From Peribolospora baueri (taxonomy: Eukaryota), in contig JAMDHS010000019.1 of assembly GCA_029717555.1 (NCBI GenBank), positions 1 to 64,000 of the forward strand: a DNA stretch of 64,000 nt, in the 5' to 3' direction. The notes under the pieces were generated by a model that was given only the letters and a program-made list of their open reading frames with translations, was not told the DNA's origin and ran no database searches. This document shows positions 50,448 to 64,000 of this stretch, piece by piece. The position numbers and the translations under genes were made by a program. The stretch's first letter is position 1. Each line of letters begins with the position of its first letter.

Positions 50448-50573
50448 CGTTCCCATCAGTCGTACAGTGCTGGCATGCACAAAGAACGGTAGTCGACAGC
50501 GATGACGACTTTCCTTATTTTCTCGGCATGGTCGATAGGCCGGGGAAAGGAAGAATAACATCTCTTGGGAACG
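50448..50573 (-). ncRNA. snR190: snR190-like box C/D snoRNA
   Basis: 8-bp terminal stem cgttccca/tgggaacg, box D CTGA and variant box C GAGATGT. cttcctttccccggcctatcgaccatg resembles yeast snR190 CUUCUUUCCUCGUCCGAUUCGACCAUG as I recall it, and CTTTCCCCG is complementary to 25S CGGGGAAAG. It lies directly upstream of U14, as in yeast. Confidence 0.8.
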
Positions 50574-50967
50574 TCTGCTGCTCGCCTGCTCGCTCCGTCG
50601 CTGGCAAGACAAAGGCTCGCCACTCTAGTGAAGGGAAGAGACAAGGACTCACCGAAAGATTGGCAGCGGCCGAAGGGAGGAGGGAACATGGACGACGAAG
50701 GCAGAAAGAAATCACCAATCGACTTTTTTTAACGCTCTGTCGGCGTTTCGGCGTTTTGGGGGCGCGAACAGATTTTCTTCGCGTCCGTTCCGCGTTGCCG
50801 CAGTTTACAAAGTTCTCACGCACCGCGTTCGCCTTTTTCCGGCTCGCTCGGTCTCAGTCGTTGCCTTCGCCTCCTTTCCTCCGACCATCGTCTCCATTCC
50901 CTCCCACCTTCAAACTTATTCGTAAATTCACTCGTCCACTCACTTCCTTGCTCACCACCCCACAATC

Positions 50968-53279
<2,312 letters not shown>

Positions 53280-54605
53280 GCGTGTTTCCTCCTTGGCAGC
53301 GTCCTGAGGTGAGCGTCGTGCGTGCGTATGCGCGCGCTCCCTCGCTCGTCCGGGCCCGGCTAGGCTGGGCTCGTGGCGTACCTGCTTTGATGTGTGACAC
53401 CAAGGTAGGCCGTTGAGAGTGAGGCGCCCCTTGCTTCTTGTGTGGCTGGTCTCGTCTCCGTTCGCTTGTCTGCGGCGCAGTCTGGGCCATTGACGCCGCC
53501 GCAGTGTCCGTCTGTCCGTTTTCCTCCTGCTCGCTCTTTCTCGTCTCGTCTCCCGTCCCGTTTCGCCGTCGCGGCAAAAGTGTGCGGTTGTCTGGTGGCG
53601 GCGGGCCGCTCGCTTGCTTTCCACTCACCCGAACCCAAACGATCCGTCTCGTCTCGTGCGCTTTCTCAGGCTGCGCGAGACGGCGCTCGCACGGCGCGCC
53701 ATGCTCGTTTCTTGGCCTGTCGTGGGTGGCGAGACTAGCGTGCGCGGTGACCGAGTTCACATTCCTCTTCTTCCCGTCTCGTCTCTGGGGCGGGCACGAC
53801 TTTCGTCCAGCATCGTGTTCCGACGACGTGCGGGTGCCGAGTTGCCGCCGTCGATCCATGATGTGAGATGGCCGGTGACCGTCGTGTTCTGACGTGCCGG
53901 AATGGGGCGAAGGTCGCTATGGTTCCGTCTACCTCGTTTCAGTGGTCTCGCACGTTGTTCTCGTCCTCGTATCCGTTCTCGTCCTTCTACGACACTTAGA
54001 TTCCTGAGGGGCAATTAGTAAATATCCTCGCCGGAGCCCCGAGCGTGGGTGTTCGTCGATGGAAGATTGAAAAATCTTGAAAAACAGGAAGAAAGGTGTG
54101 AACTGCGAAAAGCCGAGCGATACCAATCGCTCGACTCGACTCGACTCGGCTCAACATAAATGTTATCTCCGGCGCAGGCGCCCGCGTCTCCGATCAACCG
54201 TCCCCGTCCTTATCTCTCTATCTCTGGACGCCGTCCACCGATATCGACGCGACGACAAGCTGGCCAGTTAACCTACGTTCGGATGGGATCGGGTTCGACG
54301 GAGAGAGCTCGTCCTAGTCTCTACATACAGTATGTTATGTACGTACCCGGTACGTAACCAGTGGCTGAAATAAACACGCTCGGGTCGGGCGTTTGCTAGG
54401 ACTCGTGACCCCCGATGGCGTGGATGGATGTCTTCCGAGGGTCGGAGCGGACAAGGGACGGGGAAGTGTGGGGAAGATGGCAGGCGGGCGAGAGGGGGGA
54501 GAGAGATAAATGGGCGGACGGGTAGATAAGTAGAGAGGATCGTATCTCGGAGAACCTCCTCCATCCCTCTCGCCTACACATCCATCCTCGCACCGACCGA
54601 CAGCC

Positions 54606-57497
54606 ATGCACAACGTCGCACCCACTCACGACTACAAAGAGAAGCTCTCCGGCGCCGCTCACACTACCCTCATCTCCGTCGACCCCACCAAGCCCGCCGA
54701 GGGCCAGAAGGGCATCCAGTGAGTCCATTCATAGGCCGTGTCGACGGCCGTGTTGGCCCGCGCATGCGCTGATCCCCCACCGGCCCTTCGTCGTCTTCGC
54801 CCTACCACGACCTGACCTGACCTGGCATTCCCTTGCAGCAACCGGTGGCACGGTTCGATCCCGGCGTTTGCGAAGGTCAAACAGGGGCAGGTGTTCAAGC
54901 TCGAGTGTCTGGACTGGACTGGAGGGCAGATCGGTGAGTGCACGGAGCGCCCCGGACGGCTTCTGACTGCGAACGGTCCTCGATTTGATAAGCCAACCGT
55001 CGGTCCTGCACCCTTCTCCGCGTCCCGAATGACCTCTCTCGACTGCTCTCAAAAAGGAAATAACGACAGCGCGGATGATGTGAAAAATGTCGACCTGACC
55101 AAGTGAGTCCCTGCTACGATGCCTGAGCGTGCACACGACCGCGCCTGACCACCGACGAACTGCCACTTTGCCTTCTTCCCCGACTTGAAAGAGTTCACAA
55201 CCTCACGGGCCCCATTGCCGTCGAAGACGCCGAGCCAGGCGACGTGCTTGTCGTCGACATCCTCGACGTCACCCCTTTCCCGGAACAGCCTTGGGGATTT
55301 ACAGGTCCGTGACTCCCGCACAGCCTTCGGGCCGCCTCATTCGGTCACATCGACCAGCGTTGGCCCACACTTGATGCGCCCATCTCCCTCTTACAGGCAT
55401 CTTTGAGCGCGAGAACGGCGGCGGCCTGTTCGCCAACGAGGTTCGTCGTGTTTCGCTCGAACGCCTGCGACGTCTCCGCAGGGAGGGGTCTTCAAGTCGC
55501 GAAGAGGTCGTCAGAACTGACTGAATGTGCTGTTCATGCGTCGATCCCCTATCGCTTTGCCTAGTTTAACAGCCATGCTGTTAAGGCCATCTGGGGTGCG
55601 TTTCAGAAGTGCCGTGCCACTGTCCTTACCCATGTTCAGCTCTCAGATCATTCCTCTCTCTCCCTTCCTCTTCCGTCCCCACCCCATTACCCCCACCGCA
55701 GACTTCCGCGGCATCTACGCCACCAGCCGTCACATCCCCGGCGTCAAGTTCGCCGGTATCCCGCACCCGGGTTTGATTGGCACTGCACCGAGCCAGGAGC
55801 TGTTGGACACGTGGAATACTAGGGAGCGCAAACTTATTGACGAGCATCCTAATGCCGTACCGCCTGTTGCACTTCCTCCCGAGCCCAAGTGAGTTCGTCG
55901 TGATTGGGTCTGTCATACGATATGGTCTGTAAATAGATCACATGCGATCGACCTCGCCATCCGTCGTCCTAACACCGAGGATGCTGACCGCACCCACACC
56001 GGTCACCCTGACCTTTTTCTCCGCCACACCCCATCGAGGGGTGCCTACATCGGCCAAGGCCTGGACCCTAAGCTTCTCGAGAAGATCGAGGCCGAAGGTG
56101 CTCGCACCATCCCCGGGAGGGAGCATGGCGGAAACTGTGACATGTGCGTTTCGAGTCTCGGCGATTCGCTCGTTCGCTTGTCGTCGGAGTTCGTCTCCGT
56201 GCTCTCGTCATTGTTGACCTTTCTGACTCTTAACGATCACCCCGTCCCCTCTTCCCTGTACTGTGTTGCAGCAAGAACCTCTCTCGCGGCTCCCGCGCCT
56301 ACTTCCCCGTATATCTCCCCGGCGCAAACCTCTCTGTCGGAGACCTTCACTTCAGTCAAGGCGACGGCGAGGTGAGCACATCTGCCCGGTTTTCTTTCAC
56401 TCTTTCGGGTGAGCCGTGTAGATCCGCTGACGTAGTTTTCCGTTGCCAATAGCTCTCTTTCTGTGGAGCGATCGAGATGGCCGGCATCATCACGCTCAGC
56501 TGCAGCGTGATCAAGGGAGGCGTCGAGAAGTTCGCCATGAAGCAGCCCATCTTCCTCGTGAGTGTCGACGCGATCCGGTTGCTCGTCCGCTGAGGAGGTC
56601 GCTTTTCGGGACGAGGGATCACGACACGACTGAGAAGGGAATGACCGGTTTGAGTTTAGTTCTGTGACTGATCTCCCCTCTTCGCCGCCCCTTGCCACCC
56701 CTAGCCTTCGCCCATCGACCCTATGTACGCGTGAGTGTCAGCCCAGCTCTTTCTTCCCTCTCACTCAATGTGCCGGGCCAGCTGCGTCGTCCAAGATTTC
56801 CTGGCTCACGCCTCATGCTCTGTTTCACCTGCTTTTGCGGCTCTCACGCTTCTCAGCGAGAAGCTCACCTTTGGCGGCCTCGGAGTGGACTACCACTACA
56901 CTGGCAAGCAATACAACATGGATGCCACGGTGGTATGTACGACGTCCCTTTCCATTGCCCACATCAGTTAGCCATGCACACAGCGCGAGCCCCAAGGTCC
57001 AGACGGACGTATAGGGCTCACGTTACATCACTGACTTACGGCAACCCCTCATCCCTTCATTGCATCGCAGGCGTACAAGATGGCCGCTCTGAATGCCATC
57101 GCCTACCTAGGCAAGCTCGGCTACACACGCGAGCAAGCTTATCTCCTTCTCTCCGCTGCGCCCGTGGAGAGCCACGTCGGGGCGGTGGTGGATAGGTGGG
57201 TATCTAGGGCGGAGAGACTCTGTCTTGTCCTGCCGCCTTCTGGGGCGCCGCGAAAGGCCTGATATGGATGGATGACGGGCTCGGTTCTGACCTTATTTCC
57301 CTATCCATCCCATCCCATCCCATCGCCGTCGCCGCCGCCGTCCCCTCTCCGCCGTACGTCTGCCCGGCAGCCCAAACGCGTGCGTGACGCTAGGCTTGCC
57401 GACGGCCATCTTCGAGGCCGACATCCTTCCCAGGCCCGAGGGGCTGGAGAAGAAGGACTACGGCCAGGCTGCCATTCGCTCCGACGGCGTGGTTTGA
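54606..57497 (+). CDS. Formamidase (acetamidase/formamidase family), many exons
   Basis: HNRWH, ECLDWTGGQIGNNDSADDV, VHNLTGPIAV..AEPGD.LVVDILD, ATSRHIPGVKFAG..HPGLIGTAPS, GREHGGNCD.KNLSRG, GDLHFSQGDGE.SFCGAIEM, GYTREQAYLLLS, PNACVTL.LPT.IF. Confidence 0.95.
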
Positions 57498-58102
57498 AGG
57501 CGGACAGTCGAGGCGAGGCTAGGGGGAGGGAGGGGGACGGCCCTACCAAGCAAGTCAGAGAAGCATCCGGTCATTTATGTAGCCTCCACGCCGTATCGTC
57601 GACGTCAGTTTGTCATGAATATCATGCATGTACTATGCAATGGATGTATATATCTATCATGGGTGTACATGGTCATCTGCGCCGGCGACGTTCGAGCAAC
57701 CCTCTTCCTCCTTCCAGCGCCCACACGCCACGACCACCGTCGCTGAACGAGGCGAAGCAGTGCACAGCGATATACACGTTGCCCTGCCCGCCCAGTTCCT
57801 TATATCTCGCCCTTCCCCCTCCTCGTTGTGGCTCGGAGAGAAATTCCATGGTCCTCTGAGCGCGCTAACCCGACTGCTTTGGCTTTCTCCGCACTCGTCC
57901 TCCGCCGGACCCCGGACCGGACACGGACTGACACTGACTGACCGACTCGGCGGGCCCCTGAACACAGAGTCGCAATGACTCACCGCTCCGCTTGCTCATC
58001 ACCAACGTGCCCCTTGTCACTTCATTCCATCGTCGCCCCCCCTCAGCACGAAAGAAAGGGAGAGCCAGCCAGCCTCGAACTCACAGCCCCTCGCGCCGCA
58101 CC

Positions 58103-59073
58103 ATGTCGCCTTCCCTGCCTCTCCCAGACTTCGACTCCCTCCCCCCGCCCCCGCCTCCTCCTCGCCGAATCATCACAGGCCACGACGGAAATCCGGCCAT
58201 AGCGTCTGGCACGTCAGCAGCGTACGATCCCCAAGCGGTGGTGTGGATCGAAGATACTCTTCAGACGGAGCCCTTTACCGCTGGAAAGGGGGTGTCGCTT
58301 TGGCGCTCGTATGGCTTGCCCAGCGACGGGAACAATGAGAAGTGAGCGAGCGTGAGGGAGAGGCGAGGAGATAGAGGGAAGGGACCATGCGTGGTTCGGT
58401 TCAGCTCGCTCATACATCTCACTCCTACCCACCGCCACACCCCTTCCCCCTTTGTACAGCGTAGATCCGGCTACGCAAACGCTCGAAGGATTCAGCAACC
58501 CGCACGGCACGAACCTGCGCATCACCGACTTTGCTCCTCGAGGGTATGCGCCCATGGTGAGTGAGCGATGCCAGTGGAAGCGAACCGAATCCTGGGCTCT
58601 GGCCAGGTTGCCTCAGATAAAGCCAGGTAGGATCATAGCCCGTGGCGGACGGTACCCATATGTTCTAATTCCACCCTCCCTTGGTACCGCGGACGTACCT
58701 GTAACAGCACCGCACTTCTTCCATAGATTACAACACCATCATCTCCGGGCACCTCGTCCTCATCCTCCCGCCTTCCTCATCCCCATCGCCCGGCGCCAAC
58801 GCTCCCACCGTCCTTTCCAGCCCACCAAAAGCCGCCACTTCCGCCCCCGCTCCCGCCCAGTTTGACCTCGCGCCCAACGAACGCCTCGTCAGGCCAGGTG
58901 ACACGGTCATCCAGCGCGGCGCCCTGCACGCCTGGCGCAACCCCAGCTCGACCGAGTGGTGTAGGATGGTTACCACGCTCGTCGCTGCCAGGCCCGTTCG
59001 TCGTCGTCGTCCCGGAGGAAAGGAGAGCGGTGGAGAGGAGGGGGAGGACGAGTTGGACGAGGTGGTCTTTTGA
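58103..59073 (+). CDS. Cupin (RmlC-like) domain protein (3 exons)
   Basis: RRIITGHD, GTNLRITDFAP...PM-HRTSSIDY..IISG and PGDTVIQRGALHAWRNPS are typical fungal cupin motifs. Confidence 0.9.
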
Positions 59074-59764
59074 ACCGGCAGAGGGAGAGACAGAGCGAGG
59101 CGGGGCGAGGGGGAAAGGGGGCCAGTTGAACGTATTTTCAACGTTGTGTTGTGCTCAGGAAGAAATGGAGGATCACCGTCCTCTATGGTGCAAGTATAGA
59201 CTTCCTGTACACGTCATCCGCTCTTTTTGCTCACGCCTCTCGTACTCGGCGGCTTGAACAAAGCACGTTCCCCTCGACGAGCGTTTTTCCAATTGTGAGC
59301 TTTCCGAGGCCAGCGCCCGATGAATGGCGTCCAGTCGCTCAAAAATGATAATAGAAGTTGGGGTTACGGGGTGGGGGAGGTGCCCGCTGCCTTCCACACC
59401 TTTTTTTGCCGCCGTTCTTGGACCACCTTCCGTTGAACTAGGATGGGTCCGCTTCAGGGATTGAAAGGAGACGACGGCGAACACGGTCAGAATCATTCCT
59501 GGCAACACAGGAGCGGGTGGGTGATGATGATGCAGCGCCGGGGTCGCTTCGTTTGCGTCATCCTCGTCGTACTGTGTGTGCCGTCTTCGGTCGTCTAAGA
59601 TGTTTGGTGGTCCGTGTGTCGCCTCAGGAAGTGCCGATCACATCACGTGTAACAAAGCGGACATCTTTTCATTTGGCCACCCGGAACTTCTCAGCGTCCC
59701 TCTCTCGTCTACCACATCGTTCTCCCTCTCACATCCTCCCTCGTCTATCTCTTGTCGAGCGACC

Positions 59765-62700
59765 ATGGCGGAGGGCAAGCGCTTCGGCTCGAACGTCCGC
59801 TGCGTGACGCTCATGGGCCACGTCGACCACGGCAAGTCCTCGTACGCCGACTCGCTCCTCGCGGCGAACAACATAATTTCCGCTCGCATGGCCGGCAAGA
59901 TCCGGTATCTGGATAGCAGATTGGACGAACAGGAGAGGGGGATCACCATGGAGAGCAGCGCCGTTAGCTTGGGCTTCAAGTTCGTGCGCAAGGGTCAGGA
60001 CGGTGAGTGGCTCTCGCCAGAGGACCTTTTGTACCCGACTGGTGAGGTCCAGCCATGGCCTCCGCCCGTCCCGTAAAAGCTGATCCTTCTACGCGCGTGC
60101 ACCGTTCAGGTCCGGTCACGGAAGACTACATGATTAACCTCATCGACACGCCTGGCCACATTGACTTTTCGAGCGAGGTCTCCACCGCTTCTCGGCTATG
60201 CGACGGCTCCCTTATCTTGGTGGACGCCGTCGAGGGCGTCTGTACTCAGGTGAGCCCCAAACGCACGCCTTTCAGCGGTGGCTCTACCTGCAGCGTAGGT
60301 TAGCTGACCGGCCAAGGTCCGGTCTCGCAGACGATCAGCGTCCTTCGTCAAGCCTGGTCAGAACGTCTCAAGCCTATCCTCGTGATCAACAAGATGGATC
60401 GCCTCGTCACCGAGCTCCAGCTGGCACCCATCGAAGCGTATCACCACCTCCAACAGCTGGTCGAACAGGTCAACGCCGTCATGGGCTCCTTCTTTGCCTC
60501 GGAAAGGATGGAAGACAACTTGCGATGGCGAGAAGAGCGTGAGCGCAGGATCGCGGAGAAGAAACAGGCGGAAGCGGATGCCGCCATCGGGAAGGCCGGC
60601 GAGGGGGCTACGGAGAGCGGAGAAGAGCAAGAGTTTTACGAGGAGCGGGACGACGAGGACATCTACTTTGACCCGGCCCGAGGAAACGTCATCTTCGCCA
60701 GTGCCATCGACAACTGGGCGTTCCGCATCGACCGTTTCTCCCAACTCTATGCGACCAAACTCGGTATCAAGGAGGCTAACCTGCGGCGAGTCCTCTGGGG
60801 AGACTTTTATCTCGATCCTAAGAGCAAGCGAGTCGTGGGGCAGAAGCAGAAGGAGAAGGAGAAGCGCAGCTTCAAGCCCATGTTCGTTCAGTTCGTCCTC
60901 GAGAATATCTGGGCCGTGTACGGCAGCGTCGTCATGAACCGGTGAGCGTGACCCGCTGAAGCCTACGTCGAGGTCTCAAAGGCATTGACTCCATTCATCT
61001 TTCTGCTTTGCAGCGACCAGGAAAAGATAGACAAGATCGTCAAGGCTCTCAACCTCAAGGTCCACCCGCGAGACCTCAAATCCAAGGACGCACGCACCCT
61101 CCTGTCCGCGATCTTTTCCCAATGGCTTCCGCTCGCCACATGCACCTTCTCGGCCATTGTGTCGAACATCCCTGCACCGTCGGTGGCGCAGCGAACGCGC
61201 ATTCCCAAGATGCTCTATCCGGACCTGCTCTCCTTTCAGCCTACGGTCGATCCCAAGAACAAGCTTGAACAGGACTTGTTCGACGCCAATGCTGGCCCGG
61301 AAGCGACGTCTGTGGCGTACGTCAGCAAAATGTTCGCCGTCAAGAAGGAAGACCTGCCAGAGATGAAGAGGAAGCCTCTGACTGCGGACGAAATGAGGGA
61401 GCGCGCTAGGGCTGGCAGGGAGAAGGCCGCGCTGCTCGCCGCCTCTACAGGAGCTACGGTCGCCTCAGGCGAAGAGGAGTCTCCCGTCTCAGGCACGCCT
61501 CTCCCTCTTCGAGGAGAGAACGGAGATGCTCCGCAGAAGACACCAGATTCCTCTGTCGCCCAGTCAACGCCATTAGCCGAACCTCAAGCCGAGAACGCGG
61601 ACGGTCTATCGTCTCATGACGAAGTGCTCATCGGTTTCTCGCGGCTGTACTCTGGCACTCTTCGAGCGGGCCAAACGGTCTACGCGGTCCTGCCCAAGTA
61701 CGATTCTTCGCGTCCTTCGACGAGTCCTCGAAACGAGCGCCATCTGAAGCTCGTCAAGGTCGAGGCGCTATACATGATCATGGGACGAGACCTCGTTGCC
61801 GTGGAAGAAGTACCCGCCGGCAACGTCTTTGGCATTCGCGGTTTGGAAGGCATCGTCCTGCGCAACGCAACTCTTGTGTCGCCTGGCGGAGACGCAATTC
61901 CTTCGCTCGACACCGAGACGGTTCAGAGGGACACCCAGCTGTTCGTCAATCTGGCCGGGATCCACCTCATGGTCAGTGAATCTTCAGCTCTGGCGCGCTC
62001 ATGGATGGACATACATACTGACTGTTCGAACCGTGATGTGCTGTGAGACAGGTGTCGCCCATCGTGCGAGTCGCATTGGAACCCGCTGAGCCTTGTGAGT
62101 GATTGATTGGTGCTGCTCGCGTCCTGACGACAGTGTGTGCCCCTTGCTCAGTCGCGTACCTAACGTCCACAGCCGACATGCCCAAGCTCGTGGAGGGCTT
62201 GCGTCTCCTGAACCAGGCAGATCCGTGCGTCGAGATCCTCGTTCAGGAGACTGGCGAACACGTCATTCTAGGCGCAGGCGAGCTTCATCTTGAGGTAAGT
62301 TTGACCCTCCTGACTTAGCCCCCGTGGACATATTGGCTGTGCGCGCTGACGATCGTGCCATGTCTCTTTTATTCCCGCCCGCAGCGCTGTCTCAGGGATC
62401 TGCAAGAACGCTTTGCGAAATGCGAGGTTCAAGCATCGCAGCCAATCGTCCCCTTCCGGGAAACCGCCGTCAAAGCTCCCGACATGGCTCCTCCGAAATC
62501 CAAAGACGCTCCTCGAGGCACCGTGCACGGCGCTGTGGCCAATTCGCTAGTTACCTATACCGTGCGCGTCGTGCCGTTGCCGGAAGAGGTTACGGCGTTT
62601 CTCATCGCCAACGTGCGCAACATCAGGCGCTTTCAGCAGGACCACCGGCGTGGCGAAGGTTCGATCGTGGACGAGGACTTGGAAGAGGGCGAAGAAGGGA

Positions 62701-64000
62701 CGGGGATAGATCTGTCATCGGCGATCGCTGTTAAACCGGATCAGTTCTGGCCCAAGCTCGCCGACCTACTCAGTAAAGCAGGACCGGAGTGGCGCGACGT
62801 CGTTGACAAGATCTGGGCTTTCGGTCCCAGACGAGTGGGGCCGAACCTACTCGTCGACCGTGGCGACCTTCTCACGCGGTCGTGAGTGCTCCTTGCAGCA
62901 TTTTTTTGCCCTACCCTTCGACTTGTGTTGCTGATAGCAAGCTTTCATTATCTACAGGCTTCGACAGCGAACGGATGAGAGACGTCTAGCGGGCCCTTCC
63001 TCTGGTCCCGCCTCGCGTCGCGGAGACGAGGCAGTCGACGAAGAACGTTTGCTCGAGCAAGCGCTACAGGCGGTCAGCATCAGCGAAGGGGGCCATGCGG
63101 CTAGCCAGCCTTCGCGTGTATCTTGGACCTCTCGAGATCTGAACGAGAGCATCGACGCTGGCTTTCAGCTTGCCACGCTGCAAGGTCCGCTGTGCTCTGA
63201 GCCCGTCCAAGGCATGGCGTACTTCGTCGAGAAGGTGGAGTTGGACAAAGAGGAAGCGAGCAAGGAGAATGGTGAGTGAGCAACCCCGCGATCGAGCCGT
63301 TTGTTTCGATGCCTCCCGAGCTGACCGCTAAATTGCATCGCCTGTAGTGCGCTCCAAGCTTTCGCAAGTCACCGGCTCGCTGATCACCTCCGTCAAGGAG
63401 GCGTGCCGGAACGGCCTATTAGACTGGTCGCCGCGACTCATGTTGGCGATGTACACGTGTGACATTCAAGCATCTAGTGAGTTGGACACTTGTCTCAGAC
63501 AATTCGGATGCATTGGCGTAGTATCTCCCTTAACCTTTCTTTGTACATTCGGTATCGCGCTTGTTCAGCTGACGTGCTGGGCAAGGTGTACGCGGTCGTG
63601 GCGCGACGAAGAGGGCGAATCACGTCGGAAGAGATGAAGGAGGGCACTTCCTTCTTCACTATCCGCGCTCTTCTTCCCGTCGTCGAGAGCTTCGGTTTCG
63701 CAGACGGTGAGCTTCTCTCACGAACGTTCGACGATCGTCGACTGGGCAGGACTGACAAGGACCCGCCCACCCGTCGCCTCTTCTTAACTCCACCAGATAT
63801 CCGGAAACGCACTTCCGGTGCCGCGAGCCCTCAACTGGTGTTCAGCGGCTTCGAGATGTACCCGCAGGATCCTTTCTGGGTGCCCACGACGGAGGAGGAG
63901 CTCGAGGATCTAGGCGAGAAGAGCGATCGTGAAAACGTGGCCAAGAAGTACATGGATGCGGTGCGGAAGCGCAAGGTGAGTGGCGGGCATCATTCGAGCC
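59765..64000 (+). CDS. RIA1: EF-2-like ribosome-assembly GTPase Efl1/Ria1, 3' end outside window
   Basis: [103 protein letters not shown] and [14 protein letters not shown]. Confidence 0.95.

Larger units (their letters stand above)
48857..50720 (-). ncRNA. Spliced non-coding snoRNA host transcript (ends approximate)
   Basis: Introns 50652-50331, 50295-49961 and 49903 (or 49765)-48857, each with a GT donor, CTGAC branch point and pyrimidine-rich YAG. Short exons (e.g. 35 nt) have no convincing ORF, and each intron holds a stem-closed C/D RNA. Confidence 0.8.

Noticed and set aside
54606..59073. Formamidase plus cupin as a metabolic gene cluster
   Set aside because: Only adjacency; no backbone enzyme, regulator or transporter links them, and the flanks are housekeeping genes.

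Overview
GC-rich, intron-dense fungal (basidiomycete-like) nuclear DNA, so the ORF track fragments almost every gene and misses some. About 19 protein-coding genes can be reconstructed from splice sites and conserved motifs: a secreted repeat precursor at the left edge, large-subunit catalase, an intronless membrane protein, a ZNF830-like protein, an S28 serine peptidase, NEDD8/Rub1, mitochondrial uL30, eIF4B, Ilv1, an Alba/Rpp25-like protein, an INO80E/F-like protein, a DHTKD1-type 2-oxoacid dehydrogenase E1, Git1, Arv1, a disordered protein, glucose-6-phosphate 1-epimerase, Dbp2, formamidase, a cupin and Efl1/Ria1 (partial). There is also a tRNA-Gly(GCC). The main unannotated signal is a spliced non-coding host transcript on the minus strand (~48.8-50.7 kb), head-to-head with DBP2. 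Its introns carry snR190-like, U14 and U49-like box C/D snoRNAs. The U49-like RNA appears greatly expanded (~630 nt from box C to box D, with a ~560-nt folded insert), and U14 has a compensated non-canonical C/D motif. Also notable are a Kex2-type repeat peptide precursor (1-874, absent from the ORF track) and a nested non-coding repeat at 8.55-9.2 kb. All family assignments rest on motif recognition from memory; no database search was run.
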